Shown here one piece after another: positions 1-9,289 of a DNA stretch of 64,000 nt (position 1 is its first letter; the number at the start of each line of letters is the position of its first letter). This stretch comes from Candidatus Bathyarchaeota archaeon. GTDB taxonomy: Archaea > Thermoproteota > Bathyarchaeia > TCS64. Under the pieces are notes generated by a model, which was not told where the DNA came from, made no database searches, and worked only from the letters and a program-made list of their open reading frames with translations. A program made the position numbers and the translations under genes. Where the stretch lies: assembly GCA_016930055.1 (NCBI GenBank), contig JAFGHP010000020.1, positions 1,786-65,785 on the forward strand, in the 5' to 3' direction.

Positions 1-2
1 AT

Positions 3-440
3 ATTTTATGGAGAAACTTATTGATGCAGAATGCTTTCTGGTACTCAGATTATCCAAGCATGATTATTATTATTGCTTACCAGACTCTTCAAATTACAAT
101 AGTATCAATTCTTATATCAACTGTTGTTAAGAGATTCGTACCAGCTACAATAGTTTCTTTATTGGCTTTTCAAGCAATTTACTATTTATCAGAAATATTT
201 CGCAACACATATAATCCAATATTCTACTTGATGCCTCCGCAATCCTCTAATCTGTTATTTACTTTCCTGGGATACTTTGGTGATTTGCCTTATCCACATT
301 TTGACCAAATATTGGGCAATAATTTTGATTATTCTCTTTCAACTACATTGATTTTTGGTTCTATCACGATTTTAATTTTAGCAGTTATTTCTGGTTATTA
401 TGTTTTCACTAAAAAGTTGGAGTTTGAGAAAGAACAATGA
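3..440 (+). CDS. ABC-2 type permease-like membrane protein, C-terminal part (5' truncated by window)
   Basis: Frame open from base 3; several hydrophobic helices; C-terminal YYVFTKKLE resembles ABC-2 permease ends. Confidence 0.5.
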   Translation: MLWRNLLMQNAFWYSDYPSMIIIIAYQTLQITIVSILISTVVKRFVPATIVSLLAFQAIYYLSEIFRNTYNPIFYLMPPQSSNLLFTFLGYFGDLPYPHFDQILGNNFDYSLSTTLIFGSITILILAVISGYYVFTKKLEFEKEQ

Positions 441-946
441 GAAGAATTGGTATAATCATATTAATTTTAACTGTAGGGATTTATTTGTCAGATAACACTA
501 TATTTGAGATGGCTGCAAACTATTCGGATACTCTTAATCCTTTAAATAAAGGGCAAGATAATGTCATTCAAATTTTTCGTTTGAATCGTGGTGTTAACAA
601 CTTTGCTTTTAGGTTCAATGAAGTGGATAATTTATTGAATAAGACAAATATGGTTCAAATACAAGTAATGTCTGTTGATCAAGGACTAAAATTACAGTCC
701 GATGAGTATGATACAATTTACTCTAAGAACGTTACTTTTGTTGGTTCAAACGTTAATGAGTCTTTTGATATAGATTTCAAGAACAACGGATTATTTCTCG
801 TTTATCTTCAGAATCTCGGTGAAACAAATTTAGGTGTTAATGGCAAAATCAACACCATAAGAATGGATGCTAATTACCTCACTTACCTTATATTAGTAAT
901 TTTAAGTGTATCATTAATACTATTTGATTCAATTAAAAAAACCTAA
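437..946 (+). CDS. Hypothetical protein with N- and C-terminal hydrophobic segments
   Basis: 169 aa ORF overlapping the upstream stop by ATGA; signal-like N-terminus, TM-like C-terminus. Confidence 0.55.
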   Translation: MRRIGIIILILTVGIYLSDNTIFEMAANYSDTLNPLNKGQDNVIQIFRLNRGVNNFAFRFNEVDNLLNKTNMVQIQVMSVDQGLKLQSDEYDTIYSKNVTFVGSNVNESFDIDFKNNGLFLVYLQNLGETNLGVNGKINTIRMDANYLTYLILVILSVSLILFDSIKKT

Positions 947-998
947 GCCGATCGGTTATTAATGGATTAAATAAATATTTGAGCATATGATATGATTG

Positions 999-1877
999 TT
1001 ACTTAGAGTAATATTCGTATACAGTTTTTGATACTTCTGCTATTGCTTCTTCACCTTCATTACTGTCTTTTAGGTGTTTTGTGAAGCAGCATAATATGTA
1101 TGGTTTAAAGTTTTTTGGGTATATTATTGCTGTATCATTAACTACGCCTCTGATAGACCCTGTTTTATGAGCTATTTTAACTAATTCTCTTGGAAGATGT
1201 TTTGGGATCCTGTTTCCACCTGTTTGGCATAATTTCATTAATTCGATGATTTCGTCACATGAATTGCGTGATGCTGCTTCACCGTTATAGATTTTTTCTA
1301 AAAGTGTTAACATCTCCTTAGGCGTAGTTACTCCACGGGTCTCATCGACTTCTGATCTTGGACGGATTGACGCTGGTACACTCATTTCAGATTTGTAACG
1401 TTCAATAGTACGATCCTCGTAGGGAAGGTCCAAGAGACCTCCTAGTTCGAAAAGAATCTCTCGACAGGTTGTTATATTCGTTTTTTCTAAGCCAAGCTGC
1501 TTCATGTTGAGATTAATTTTGTTTTTACCAAGAAGTTGAACTATAATATCTGTAGCAGTGTTATCACTTATCATCATCATGAGGCTTCGATAATCACGAA
1601 TACTTAAAACAAGTCCAGGAGTCAATTCTCTAAGGACTCCTGAGCCTGGAACTCTTGAAAAAGCAGTCATAGGAACCTTCTCTTCAAGACCAATTTTACC
1701 GTCATCAACTCTATTATAAAGGGTTACAATTACGGGAACTTTGAAAATACTCGCAAAAGGAAAGAGAACATCACCATTAATAAAAATCTCTTCGCCAGTT
1801 TCTAGATATTTTAAAGAAATACCTAATATTCCCTGAATATTATTAGAAATTTTTTCCAACTTCTCTATAAGACTCAT
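999..1877 (-). CDS. Class A beta-lactamase-fold serine hydrolase
   Basis: SxxK (ASIFK), SDN (ISDNTATD) and KTG (HKTGS) motifs; probable start MSLIEKL at 1877. Confidence 0.85.
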   Translation of the reverse strand: MSLIEKLEKISNNIQGILGISLKYLETGEEIFINGDVLFPFASIFKVPVIVTLYNRVDDGKIGLEEKVPMTAFSRVPGSGVLRELTPGLVLSIRDYRSLMMMISDNTATDIIVQLLGKNKINLNMKQLGLEKTNITTCREILFELGGLLDLPYEDRTIERYKSEMSVPASIRPRSEVDETRGVTTPKEMLTLLEKIYNGEAASRNSCDEIIELMKLCQTGGNRIPKHLPRELVKIAHKTGSIRGVVNDTAIIYPKNFKPYILCCFTKHLKDSNEGEEAIAEVSKTVYEYYSK

Positions 1878-1986
1878 TTTGATCGAATTAATTATAATAG
1901 TATAACTAAATATTTGTTTATAGGTTAACAATTCTAATTGATTCAATAAATTTAAAAAAGATGGTTAACATTTTAATGGAGTATAA

Positions 1987-2472
1987 GTGGATATCCCAAA
2001 TTTTAATCGGATTCCTGCAGATAAGTTAAATAAACAAACAAACATCAAAGATAAGATTATTCAATTTGATGTCGAGAAAGTTGCTACTTCCGATGAGACA
2101 AGCGTTGACGTGCAAATTCAAAATAAAATAAAAAGTTTAAACAAAAAAGAGTTTGACTCTTTTTCAGAGTATGTTTTAATCAGGAAACTAAAAATTAATG
2201 GGCATAAGGTAGAGGGCGATTTAAAAAACCTAGATGTTGATGATGAAAGAACTTTTGTCATTGGATTCAGAAATTATATGGATCTTATTGAAGTCCCAGC
2301 GATACAAGTGAATGAACATATACCTAAAACAACTTACCTGCATCTAATATTTCTTAAAAACCATGTGGAATATTATGAAGAAAATGAGAAATATTTTGGG
2401 CAAATTGGATATGATAAGATCATTCAGTATTGGAATGAATGGTATAAAAAAATTAGTAAAAATAAAAACTGA
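1987..2472 (+). CDS. Hypothetical protein
   Basis: 161 aa ORF, GTG start with GGAG upstream; no motif recognised. Confidence 0.5.
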   Translation: MDIPNFNRIPADKLNKQTNIKDKIIQFDVEKVATSDETSVDVQIQNKIKSLNKKEFDSFSEYVLIRKLKINGHKVEGDLKNLDVDDERTFVIGFRNYMDLIEVPAIQVNEHIPKTTYLHLIFLKNHVEYYEENEKYFGQIGYDKIIQYWNEWYKKISKNKN

Positions 2473-2550
2473 AAAACCCTAAATTTCTTTAAAAACAAAC
2501 AAAAGACTTTAATATCTTTAAGTGAAGATTGTTGGCTTACAGGTGAATAT

Positions 2551-3508
2551 ATGAGGAATTATTTTTGCTGAATCCTGTAAACGAGATAGTTTAAGTTATT
2601 CTCCGAGTTCCTTACCTTCTTTAATTGGTAAAACTCCTTTATTAGAATTAACAAAAATTAATGAAACAAAAAACTGTAAGCTTTATGCTAAAGCAGAATT
2701 CTTGAATCCAAGTGGAAGCATCAAAGACCGTATGGTAAATTATGCTTTAGAAGCAGCTGAAAAAAGGGGTGAATTAAAGCACGGAGACACTATTGTTGAG
2801 GCTTCTAGTGGTAACACTGGTGTATCTCTGTCAATGTTATCTGCTCTAAAAAAATATAAATCAATAATTGTTGTCCCTGACTCAACTAGTTTAGTTAAAG
2901 TTAAAATGATGGAAGCATACGGCTCAAAAATTGTTTATACTAATTCGAAAGACGGCGTAAATGAGACGCTACAGAAAGCTAAACAAGTCGCTGAAGAAAA
3001 CAATGCATTTCTTCTTAACCAGTTTGAGAACCAAGACAACATTAAAGCACATAACATAACTGGAAAGGAAATATTAGACCAAGTAGGCAACGTAGACATA
3101 TTTGTTGCAGGAATTGGAACCGGGGGAACTCTTCTAGGAGTAGCAGAGATATTAAAAAAATCAAATCCAGAAACAAGGATAATAGCGGTTGAACCAAAAA
3201 AAGCACCAGCTTTCTACAACATGTTCTATGACAAAAACCTACCAATAGCTGAAGGAATACCCCACAAAATTGAAGGTATAGGCGAATCCTTCGTACCTGA
3301 GCTATTGAAACGAAACCAAAACATTGTAGACGAAGTATCATTAGTTACGGATAATGAAGCATTCATGATGAAAAGTCGACTCGCAATAGAAGAAGGACTA
3401 TTTATCGGAAACTCATCAGGAGCTAACGTATATGTTGCACAAAAGTATCTTCACAAAAACAAAATAGTCATAACAATTTTACCCGATACAGGAATGAGAT
3501 ATATCTAA
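2551..3508 (+). CDS. cysK: Cysteine synthase (PLP-dependent CysK/CysM family); start problematic, see findings
   Basis: LIGKTPL (from 2621), NPSGSIKDR PLP lysine, EASSGNTG, GIGTGGT, HKIEGIG; the conserved N-terminus lies upstream of the first in-frame start (TTG 2702). Confidence 0.85.
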
Positions 3509-3652
3509 AACACTTTATATCAATATATAAATAAAATATTATAATATTATGAGAAGAAATTATTTTAATTTTAAAATCTATTTGGTAATGGGTTATGGTA
3601 TTAAATAATTTAAATTCTCATTTAATAGTTTTATATCCAATCCAAATATACA

Positions 3653-4990
3653 TTACATCATATTTTCAGTAACAGGTTCTAAAGTTTTTAGAATCATTAT
3701 ACCTATTATTCCTGAAATAATTGAAGCTGTGATAACACCAATTTTAGCATTAGATATATAGTTCGGGATTTTAAAAGCCAAACTGGAGATGAAAATTGAC
3801 ATAGTGAAACCTATTCCTCCTAAAAATCCTACTCCCACTATATGCTTCCATGTTATTCCTTGAGGCAGAGAAGCAATTTTCAGTTTAATTGCCAACCAAG
3901 AGAAGAAGGTTATTCCTATGGGTTTACCTAAAACAAGACCAGTTATTATACCTAGACTAATAGTATTCGTTAATGATGAAATCCCTGTTTGTGATAGATT
4001 GACACCAGAGTTAACGAGGGCAAACAAAGGTATAATTATAAAAGATGTAAAATTATGTAATTCTCTTTCCCATTTTTGTATTAAAGGCTCTACCTGAGCG
4101 ATGTTTTCTTCTAAGTTTGATATTGCATCAATGCATAATTTATTCAGAAAGATATCATCATTGGCTGGTGCTGAAGTCTCAAATGATTCTAATATTGTCA
4201 ATGAATCTGTGATGAATTTTTGGGGATTAAGTTTTGATCTTGCTGGCACTGTTATAGCTAATAATACTCCAGCAATTGTTGCATGTAAACCAGATGATAA
4301 GACAGCTAACCATAAGGCAATACCAAGGGTTGAGTAAACAATTGGTCGTTTTACTCCCAATCTATTAGCAAAAACGAGGATTAGAAATATTTGTATAGCA
4401 ATTAATAGTGGAGTAATTGCTATTTGATTTGTATAAAATATAGCAATCACAAATATTGCTCCCAAATCATCAATGATTGCTGTAGCGGTTAAGAATACTT
4501 TCAGAGAGAGAGGTATTTTATTTCCAAGTAATGAAAGGATGCCGAGAGCAAAGGCTATATCTGTTGCCATAGGAATCCCCCAGCCTGAAAATGTTGTTTC
4601 TTGTTGATTCAAATAAATATATATTAGAGCGGGTATTCCCATACCCCCAATTGCAGCAAAAAAGGGTAATATCGCATCTTTAATTTCACTCAGTTCCCCA
4701 ACCATAAATTCTCGTTTAATTTCTAAACCAATAATGAGAAAGAAAATGGCCATTAGGCCATCATTTATCCAATGTGATAATGTTTTACTTAGTATATATG
4801 ATCCGAGAGCTATTGAGAGGTGGTTTTCCCAAAGATCAAAGTATATTTGGGATAGATGAGAATTTGACCAGATTAATGCAATAATTGTAGTTATTAGTAA
4901 TATAGTACTACTTGATGCCGTTGTTTTAAAAAACTGGTTAAACCTATTCCTAGTTCTTTCTAACATTTCATTTGACCAAAAAGGAATCAT
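3653..4990 (-). CDS. nhaA: Na+/H+ antiporter NhaA
   Basis: WINDGLMAIFF, GLEIKRE, GIPMATDIAFALG, IIDDLGAI, GIGFTMSIFI motifs. Confidence 0.93.
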   Translation of the reverse strand: MIPFWSNEMLERTRNRFNQFFKTTASSSTILLITTIIALIWSNSHLSQIYFDLWENHLSIALGSYILSKTLSHWINDGLMAIFFLIIGLEIKREFMVGELSEIKDAILPFFAAIGGMGIPALIYIYLNQQETTFSGWGIPMATDIAFALGILSLLGNKIPLSLKVFLTATAIIDDLGAIFVIAIFYTNQIAITPLLIAIQIFLILVFANRLGVKRPIVYSTLGIALWLAVLSSGLHATIAGVLLAITVPARSKLNPQKFITDSLTILESFETSAPANDDIFLNKLCIDAISNLEENIAQVEPLIQKWERELHNFTSFIIIPLFALVNSGVNLSQTGISSLTNTISLGIITGLVLGKPIGITFFSWLAIKLKIASLPQGITWKHIVGVGFLGGIGFTMSIFISSLAFKIPNYISNAKIGVITASIISGIIGIMILKTLEPVTENMM

Positions 4991-5152
4991 ATATCAAAAT
5001 ATCATATATGAAGATTTTTAAACATATATAAAAAATATTAAAAGTTTATATAACTTCAATTGAAATAATCGGATAATTTACTATTACACCAGATTTAGCT
5101 AATATATATCGATTATTAAAAAGAGCCTTGTTAACTATTTTATTCAAAGCTC

Positions 5153-5211
5153 AGCCTCAGGGTAACTCTGATCGCTCATGTATTCGCTCTAATGCCTTCA
5201 CATCATTGGCT
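5153..5211 (-). ncRNA. Box C/D methylation-guide sRNA
   Basis: AGCC/GGCU terminal stem, C-like box AUGAUG, D box CUGA; D guide complementary to GGUAACUCUGA (23S H69); TATA-like element ~24 nt upstream. Confidence 0.75.
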
Positions 5212-5249
5212 ATGCTTTTAAATTGTTTTTAGGTTATATATGTTACTAA

Positions 5250-5843
5250 TTATTGGATTTTAATTTTTGTTTGTCCAAGATTTTCTTCTGTTTTCTTTTT
5301 AATTGTAGTTTCTAATATACCGTTTTTATATGTTGAGGTGGCTGTGTTTTCATCTACTTCGAATAAGAAGTCTATTTCTTTAAAATATTTTTTATCGGGG
5401 TTAGTAACATTAATTGTAAGTTTTTTTGGGATCAAGAAAAGGTTAATTTCTTCTTTTTCAACACCTGGTATTTCAGCAATTATTTTTACTTGATCTATTT
5501 CTTCAATGATATCGATTAATGGTTCTCTTGCTTCTTGTAAATAGACTGGTTTATTGCTTTTATTATCTAGGTTTTGTTTCATGTTACCAAATTCTCTGAT
5601 TATTGGTTTACCGTCTTTACCTATTTTTACACTATAACCATATACAAATGGACCGTATTCTTTTTTTATCGAACCATTTGGTAAAACTCGTTCATGCGAA
5701 AGATCATCTGGAATTTCTTCTTCCATTTCTTTAAAAAAATCTGCGATCTCTTTCTCCATATCTTCTATCATTTTTTCGATATCAGGAAAAAAAGGCGATC
5801 CGCGTTTCTTTCGTCTTTTTTCCCAATCTTCCCAAAAAGTCAT
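5250..5843 (-). CDS. hsp20: Archaeal small heat shock protein Hsp20
   Basis: GPFVYGYSVKIGKDGKPIIREFGN, EPLIDI, AEIPGVEKEEI, YKNGILE. Confidence 0.93.
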   Translation of the reverse strand: MTFWEDWEKRRKKRGSPFFPDIEKMIEDMEKEIADFFKEMEEEIPDDLSHERVLPNGSIKKEYGPFVYGYSVKIGKDGKPIIREFGNMKQNLDNKSNKPVYLQEAREPLIDIIEEIDQVKIIAEIPGVEKEEINLFLIPKKLTINVTNPDKKYFKEIDFLFEVDENTATSTYKNGILETTIKKKTEENLGQTKIKIQ

Positions 5844-5922
5844 TGTACCTATCAAGAAAATCTATTATATATTAGACTATAAGCATATCTTATTAACATT
5901 CAGAAAATCTGAAACTTTTCAC

Positions 5923-5938
5923 TAGACTAATTAGTCTA
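5923..5938. promoter_or_regulatory. Perfect 16-bp palindrome TAGACT-AATT-AGTCTA upstream of hsp20, candidate heat-shock operator
   Basis: Seen directly; additional half-site TAGACT at 5873. Confidence 0.5.
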
Positions 5939-6188
5939 AATAACGAATTTAAATTTTAAATAAAAAAAATCAGGTGTTTTACTATTGTAATAAAGAAATT
6001 AATCTAAATGAAGTATAAGAGTTCTTGTCTATTATGTCTAAACTAAAAATTTTAATTAATATAAAATAAGGATTTAAGCCATAATTCATTTCAACGATTA
6101 AGCATATTATTTGGTGACTTAGGTTTTAAAATAAAGTGATTAGTTCTTTCCACTCACCTTAAGAGTAGGTTTACAGAAATTAGACATA

Positions 6189-7337
6189 ATGCCAATCTTA
6201 GTAGCATATAATGAAATTGCACTCAAAAGCCGTTATGTGAGATCAAGTCTTGAAAGAAAATTAGTATCACAAATAAGTTTTTCATTAAAAAGAGAAGGCT
6301 ATACTAATTTTAATGTAACTAGAAGTTTTGGTAGAATCATTATTAATAGTATACCTGATACAGCAGTTGATGTTGTTTCAAGAGTTTTTGGTGTAGTTTT
6401 CTCAATTCCTGCAGAAGCTACAGATACAACAATAGAATCAGTGATAAGTAAGGCTGTAGAAATAGCTGACAGAGAATTATCAGATAATAACACATTTGCG
6501 GTTAGACCAAAAGTAGTTGGAGAACATCCATATAATAGTAGAGATTTAGCTGTTAAAATCGGGTCAGAAATTTTAGAAAAATGCAAAAATAAAAACCCTA
6601 AAGTTAACTTAACTAAACCAGAAGTCACAATTTTTATTGAAGTAAGAAATTCTTCTGCATACATCTATACAAAAACTGTTCCAGGAGTATCGGGTTTACC
6701 TTATGGAAGCCAAGGAGTTGCCATTTCGCTTTTTAGTGGAGGAATTGACAGTCCAGTAGCATCCTGGTTTATGATGAAAAGAGGGGTAGCAATATACCCA
6801 CTTTTTATGGATCAAACACCATATGTTGGCGAATCCTATATTTCAAGAGCAGTTGATGCTTTCGAAAAAATTAAAAAATATGCTCCTACAGATCATTTCC
6901 ATCTACATATTGCGCCTATGGGTGAAATAATGGAGATAATTTCGGAAACTAGAGAACCACGTTTCAATTGTATTCTTTGTAAAAGGTCAATGTATAGGAT
7001 AGCTGAAGAGTTTAGTAAGCAAAATAATGCTAAAGGCATTGTCACCGGTGAAAGCTTAGGTCAAGTCGCCTCTCAAACATTAGATAATCTTAATGTTCTA
7101 AACGCAGCAGTAAAAATACCTGTTTTTAGACCATTAATAGGTTTAGATAAAGTCGAGATAGAAGAATACGCTCGTCAAATAAACACATATAATATTACAG
7201 CAAAAAAAATTGAGGGATGTAAAATTACCCCTTCTTCTGCTGCCACCACTTCTAAACTGGAAAAAATCGAAGCTTTAGAAGAAGAACTGGATTTAAAAAC
7301 ACTGTGTATTAAAGCTGCAAACTTGATACACATTTGA
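6189..7337 (+). CDS. thiI: tRNA 4-thiouridine synthase ThiI (THUMP + PP-loop, CxxC type, no rhodanese domain)
   Basis: YNEIALKS, GLPYGSQG, SGGIDS, CILCKR, GESLGQVASQT. Confidence 0.93.
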   Translation: MPILVAYNEIALKSRYVRSSLERKLVSQISFSLKREGYTNFNVTRSFGRIIINSIPDTAVDVVSRVFGVVFSIPAEATDTTIESVISKAVEIADRELSDNNTFAVRPKVVGEHPYNSRDLAVKIGSEILEKCKNKNPKVNLTKPEVTIFIEVRNSSAYIYTKTVPGVSGLPYGSQGVAISLFSGGIDSPVASWFMMKRGVAIYPLFMDQTPYVGESYISRAVDAFEKIKKYAPTDHFHLHIAPMGEIMEIISETREPRFNCILCKRSMYRIAEEFSKQNNAKGIVTGESLGQVASQTLDNLNVLNAAVKIPVFRPLIGLDKVEIEEYARQINTYNITAKKIEGCKITPSSAATTSKLEKIEALEEELDLKTLCIKAANLIHI

Positions 7338-7387
7338 AATCATGCTAAAGATATAATATTCTGTAGATACATTGTAATGCGATAATT

Positions 7388-7648
7388 ATGGTTATACCCC
7401 CAGAAGCTTTGGCTGATAGTGTGGACATAGACTTTGATGAAGTTGAAGAGCATTGGAATGTCTATAAACTTAGTGACGGCACTAAATTAAAAGTAAAATT
7501 AATTCTTAGAGGTGTTAAAAGGCTCCCTCAATACGAGCCTGATGGAACACCCGTTTATGTAATTAACAGTATGAATGTTGTAAGAGCATTGGATGTTCCA
7601 TCTGAAATAAAAGCAAAACCCAAAAAATCAAGCATGCCTCCGGTGTAA
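7388..7648 (+). CDS. Small hypothetical protein
   Basis: 86 aa, EHWNVYKLSDGTKLKVK; co-oriented between thiI and the thyX-like genes. Confidence 0.7.
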   Translation: MVIPPEALADSVDIDFDEVEEHWNVYKLSDGTKLKVKLILRGVKRLPQYEPDGTPVYVINSMNVVRALDVPSEIKAKPKKSSMPPV

Positions 7649-7652
7649 AACA

Positions 7653-8069
7653 ATGAAAATTCAGCTAATCGCAACAACGCCAAATATTGAAACCCTTGTT
7701 GCGACAGCTGTTCTAACAACTACTAGTGGTGCACAACCATCAATTTTATTTGATAGGATGAGAGAAAAACCAGATAAAGTGAATGAAATTATAGAAAAAA
7801 TTGAGGTCCAACATGGAAGTATTTTAGAACATAATAGAATTATTTGGAGTGTAGAAGCAGAAGAATTTGAAATACTTGACATTCTTTTAAAAACAAAATT
7901 CTTTACGTTCACTAGAATTGGATCAAATTACTGGATAATCAGCGGTAATTTAAGAACAATTATTGAATACTGGAATGAACAAAAAGACGATTTTTCTAAA
8001 AAATTACTGAATTCTTTGAAAGACATCGTACCAAGCATATATTCAAATATTAAGGAGGAGAGTAATTGA
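7653..8069 (+). CDS. ThyX-related short protein (N-terminal-like, degenerate half)
   Basis: HGSILEH and SGNLR resemble ThyX motifs; no RHR motif; overlaps the thyX start. Confidence 0.65.
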   Translation: MKIQLIATTPNIETLVATAVLTTTSGAQPSILFDRMREKPDKVNEIIEKIEVQHGSILEHNRIIWSVEAEEFEILDILLKTKFFTFTRIGSNYWIISGNLRTIIEYWNEQKDDFSKKLLNSLKDIVPSIYSNIKEESN

Positions 8070-8665
8070 AAGTAAGTTTGCTTGTTAGCACAAATTCTAC
8101 TAAAATATTAGAAAAGCTACCTCAGATCGAAATACCTGAATCAGGTTTTTTACAACATTTAAGCTTCACTTTTGCTATAGAAGGAATAAGCAGAGCATGC
8201 AGCCATCAACTTGTTAGACATAGAATTGCTAGTTTTAGTCAACAAAGCCAAAGATACATCCAAGTGAAGAAATTAGAACAAAACATAGTAGTTCCTCCTA
8301 AAATGAGCGAAAACGCTAAAAATCATTTTCTTTCTAACATTGAGAAAATCAGAGAAACCTATGATGTTTTAATAAATGAAGGAGTACCACGAGAAGACGC
8401 ACGTTTTATTCTACCTAATGCAACACAAACAAGTCTATTATTGACTATGGATGGTAAGAGTTTAAAACATTTTTTTGGTTTAAGATTGTGCACTAGAGCT
8501 CAATGGGAGATTAGATTATTAGCCGAAGAAATGTTAAAATTAGTAAAAAAAATCGAACCAGAACTGTTCTGTGATGTGGGTCCTTATTGTGTTCAACTTG
8601 GTAAATGTCCTGAAGGACGTTTTAGTTGTGGGAAAATTAGTGAAATGAAATTAAAATATCTTTAG
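8066..8665 (+). CDS. thyX: FAD-dependent thymidylate synthase
   Basis: SRACSHQLVRHRIASFSQQSQRY, EDARFILP, RAQWEIR. Confidence 0.92.
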   Translation: MKVSLLVSTNSTKILEKLPQIEIPESGFLQHLSFTFAIEGISRACSHQLVRHRIASFSQQSQRYIQVKKLEQNIVVPPKMSENAKNHFLSNIEKIRETYDVLINEGVPREDARFILPNATQTSLLLTMDGKSLKHFFGLRLCTRAQWEIRLLAEEMLKLVKKIEPELFCDVGPYCVQLGKCPEGRFSCGKISEMKLKYL

Positions 8666-8669
8666 AGAT

Positions 8670-9284
8670 CTATCTTATTTGATATTTTTTTTCTTCGTTT
8701 TGCCACCAAATATCTAACGAAATTAATATTGCATAACCTATACTACTAAATACAGTAAACCACTCAACTATTGGAGATCCGTTCAGTAATAAAAAAGAAG
8801 CAAGCGTTATAAGTTGACATAAATAACTGTAAAAAATTATACGTTTACTAATTTTTCTCATAAAAAATAAGGATGTATTTACAGCTAACATAGCTAAGAA
8901 GTTGAATTGAAAAAAAATGCTACTCCAGAATGCGTGTTGTGCGGGAAAATCTTCAGGGTAAATGCCAATTAAGATTAATGCTATTCCTGAAAATAATCCT
9001 ACTAGTTGACCCAGGATTAATAAATATCTCCAATTTACATCAGTAAATAATTCAATTAATCCAATATAGAAAAAAATAACTGAAATCCCTGTAAGGATGC
9101 AACCAATATTATAATAGTTACTCCCTATAGAGCTTATTCTCATGTTACCAAAATCACTCAAATAGGTTGTAAAAGGACTAAAAGGATGGGGATAATAAAT
9201 AATTGATAGTAATGTGAAAATTATATAAAAAAAGGTTAAACAGAAGCCAGCTATGCAACTTAAGGGTATTCCTCTTATTTTCAT
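8670..9284 (-). CDS. DUF998/Frag1-like multi-pass membrane protein
   Basis: About 6 TM helices; YLSDFG and IGIYPED...H motifs. Confidence 0.6.
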   Translation of the reverse strand: MKIRGIPLSCIAGFCLTFFYIIFTLLSIIYYPHPFSPFTTYLSDFGNMRISSIGSNYYNIGCILTGISVIFFYIGLIELFTDVNWRYLLILGQLVGLFSGIALILIGIYPEDFPAQHAFWSSIFFQFNFLAMLAVNTSLFFMRKISKRIIFYSYLCQLITLASFLLLNGSPIVEWFTVFSSIGYAILISLDIWWQNEEKKYQIR

Positions 9285-9289
9285 ATTAA

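Noticed and set aside
2569-2580. Selenocysteine readthrough of the cysK leader UGA
   Set aside because: Frame 0 stops again at TAA two codons later and does not encode CysK
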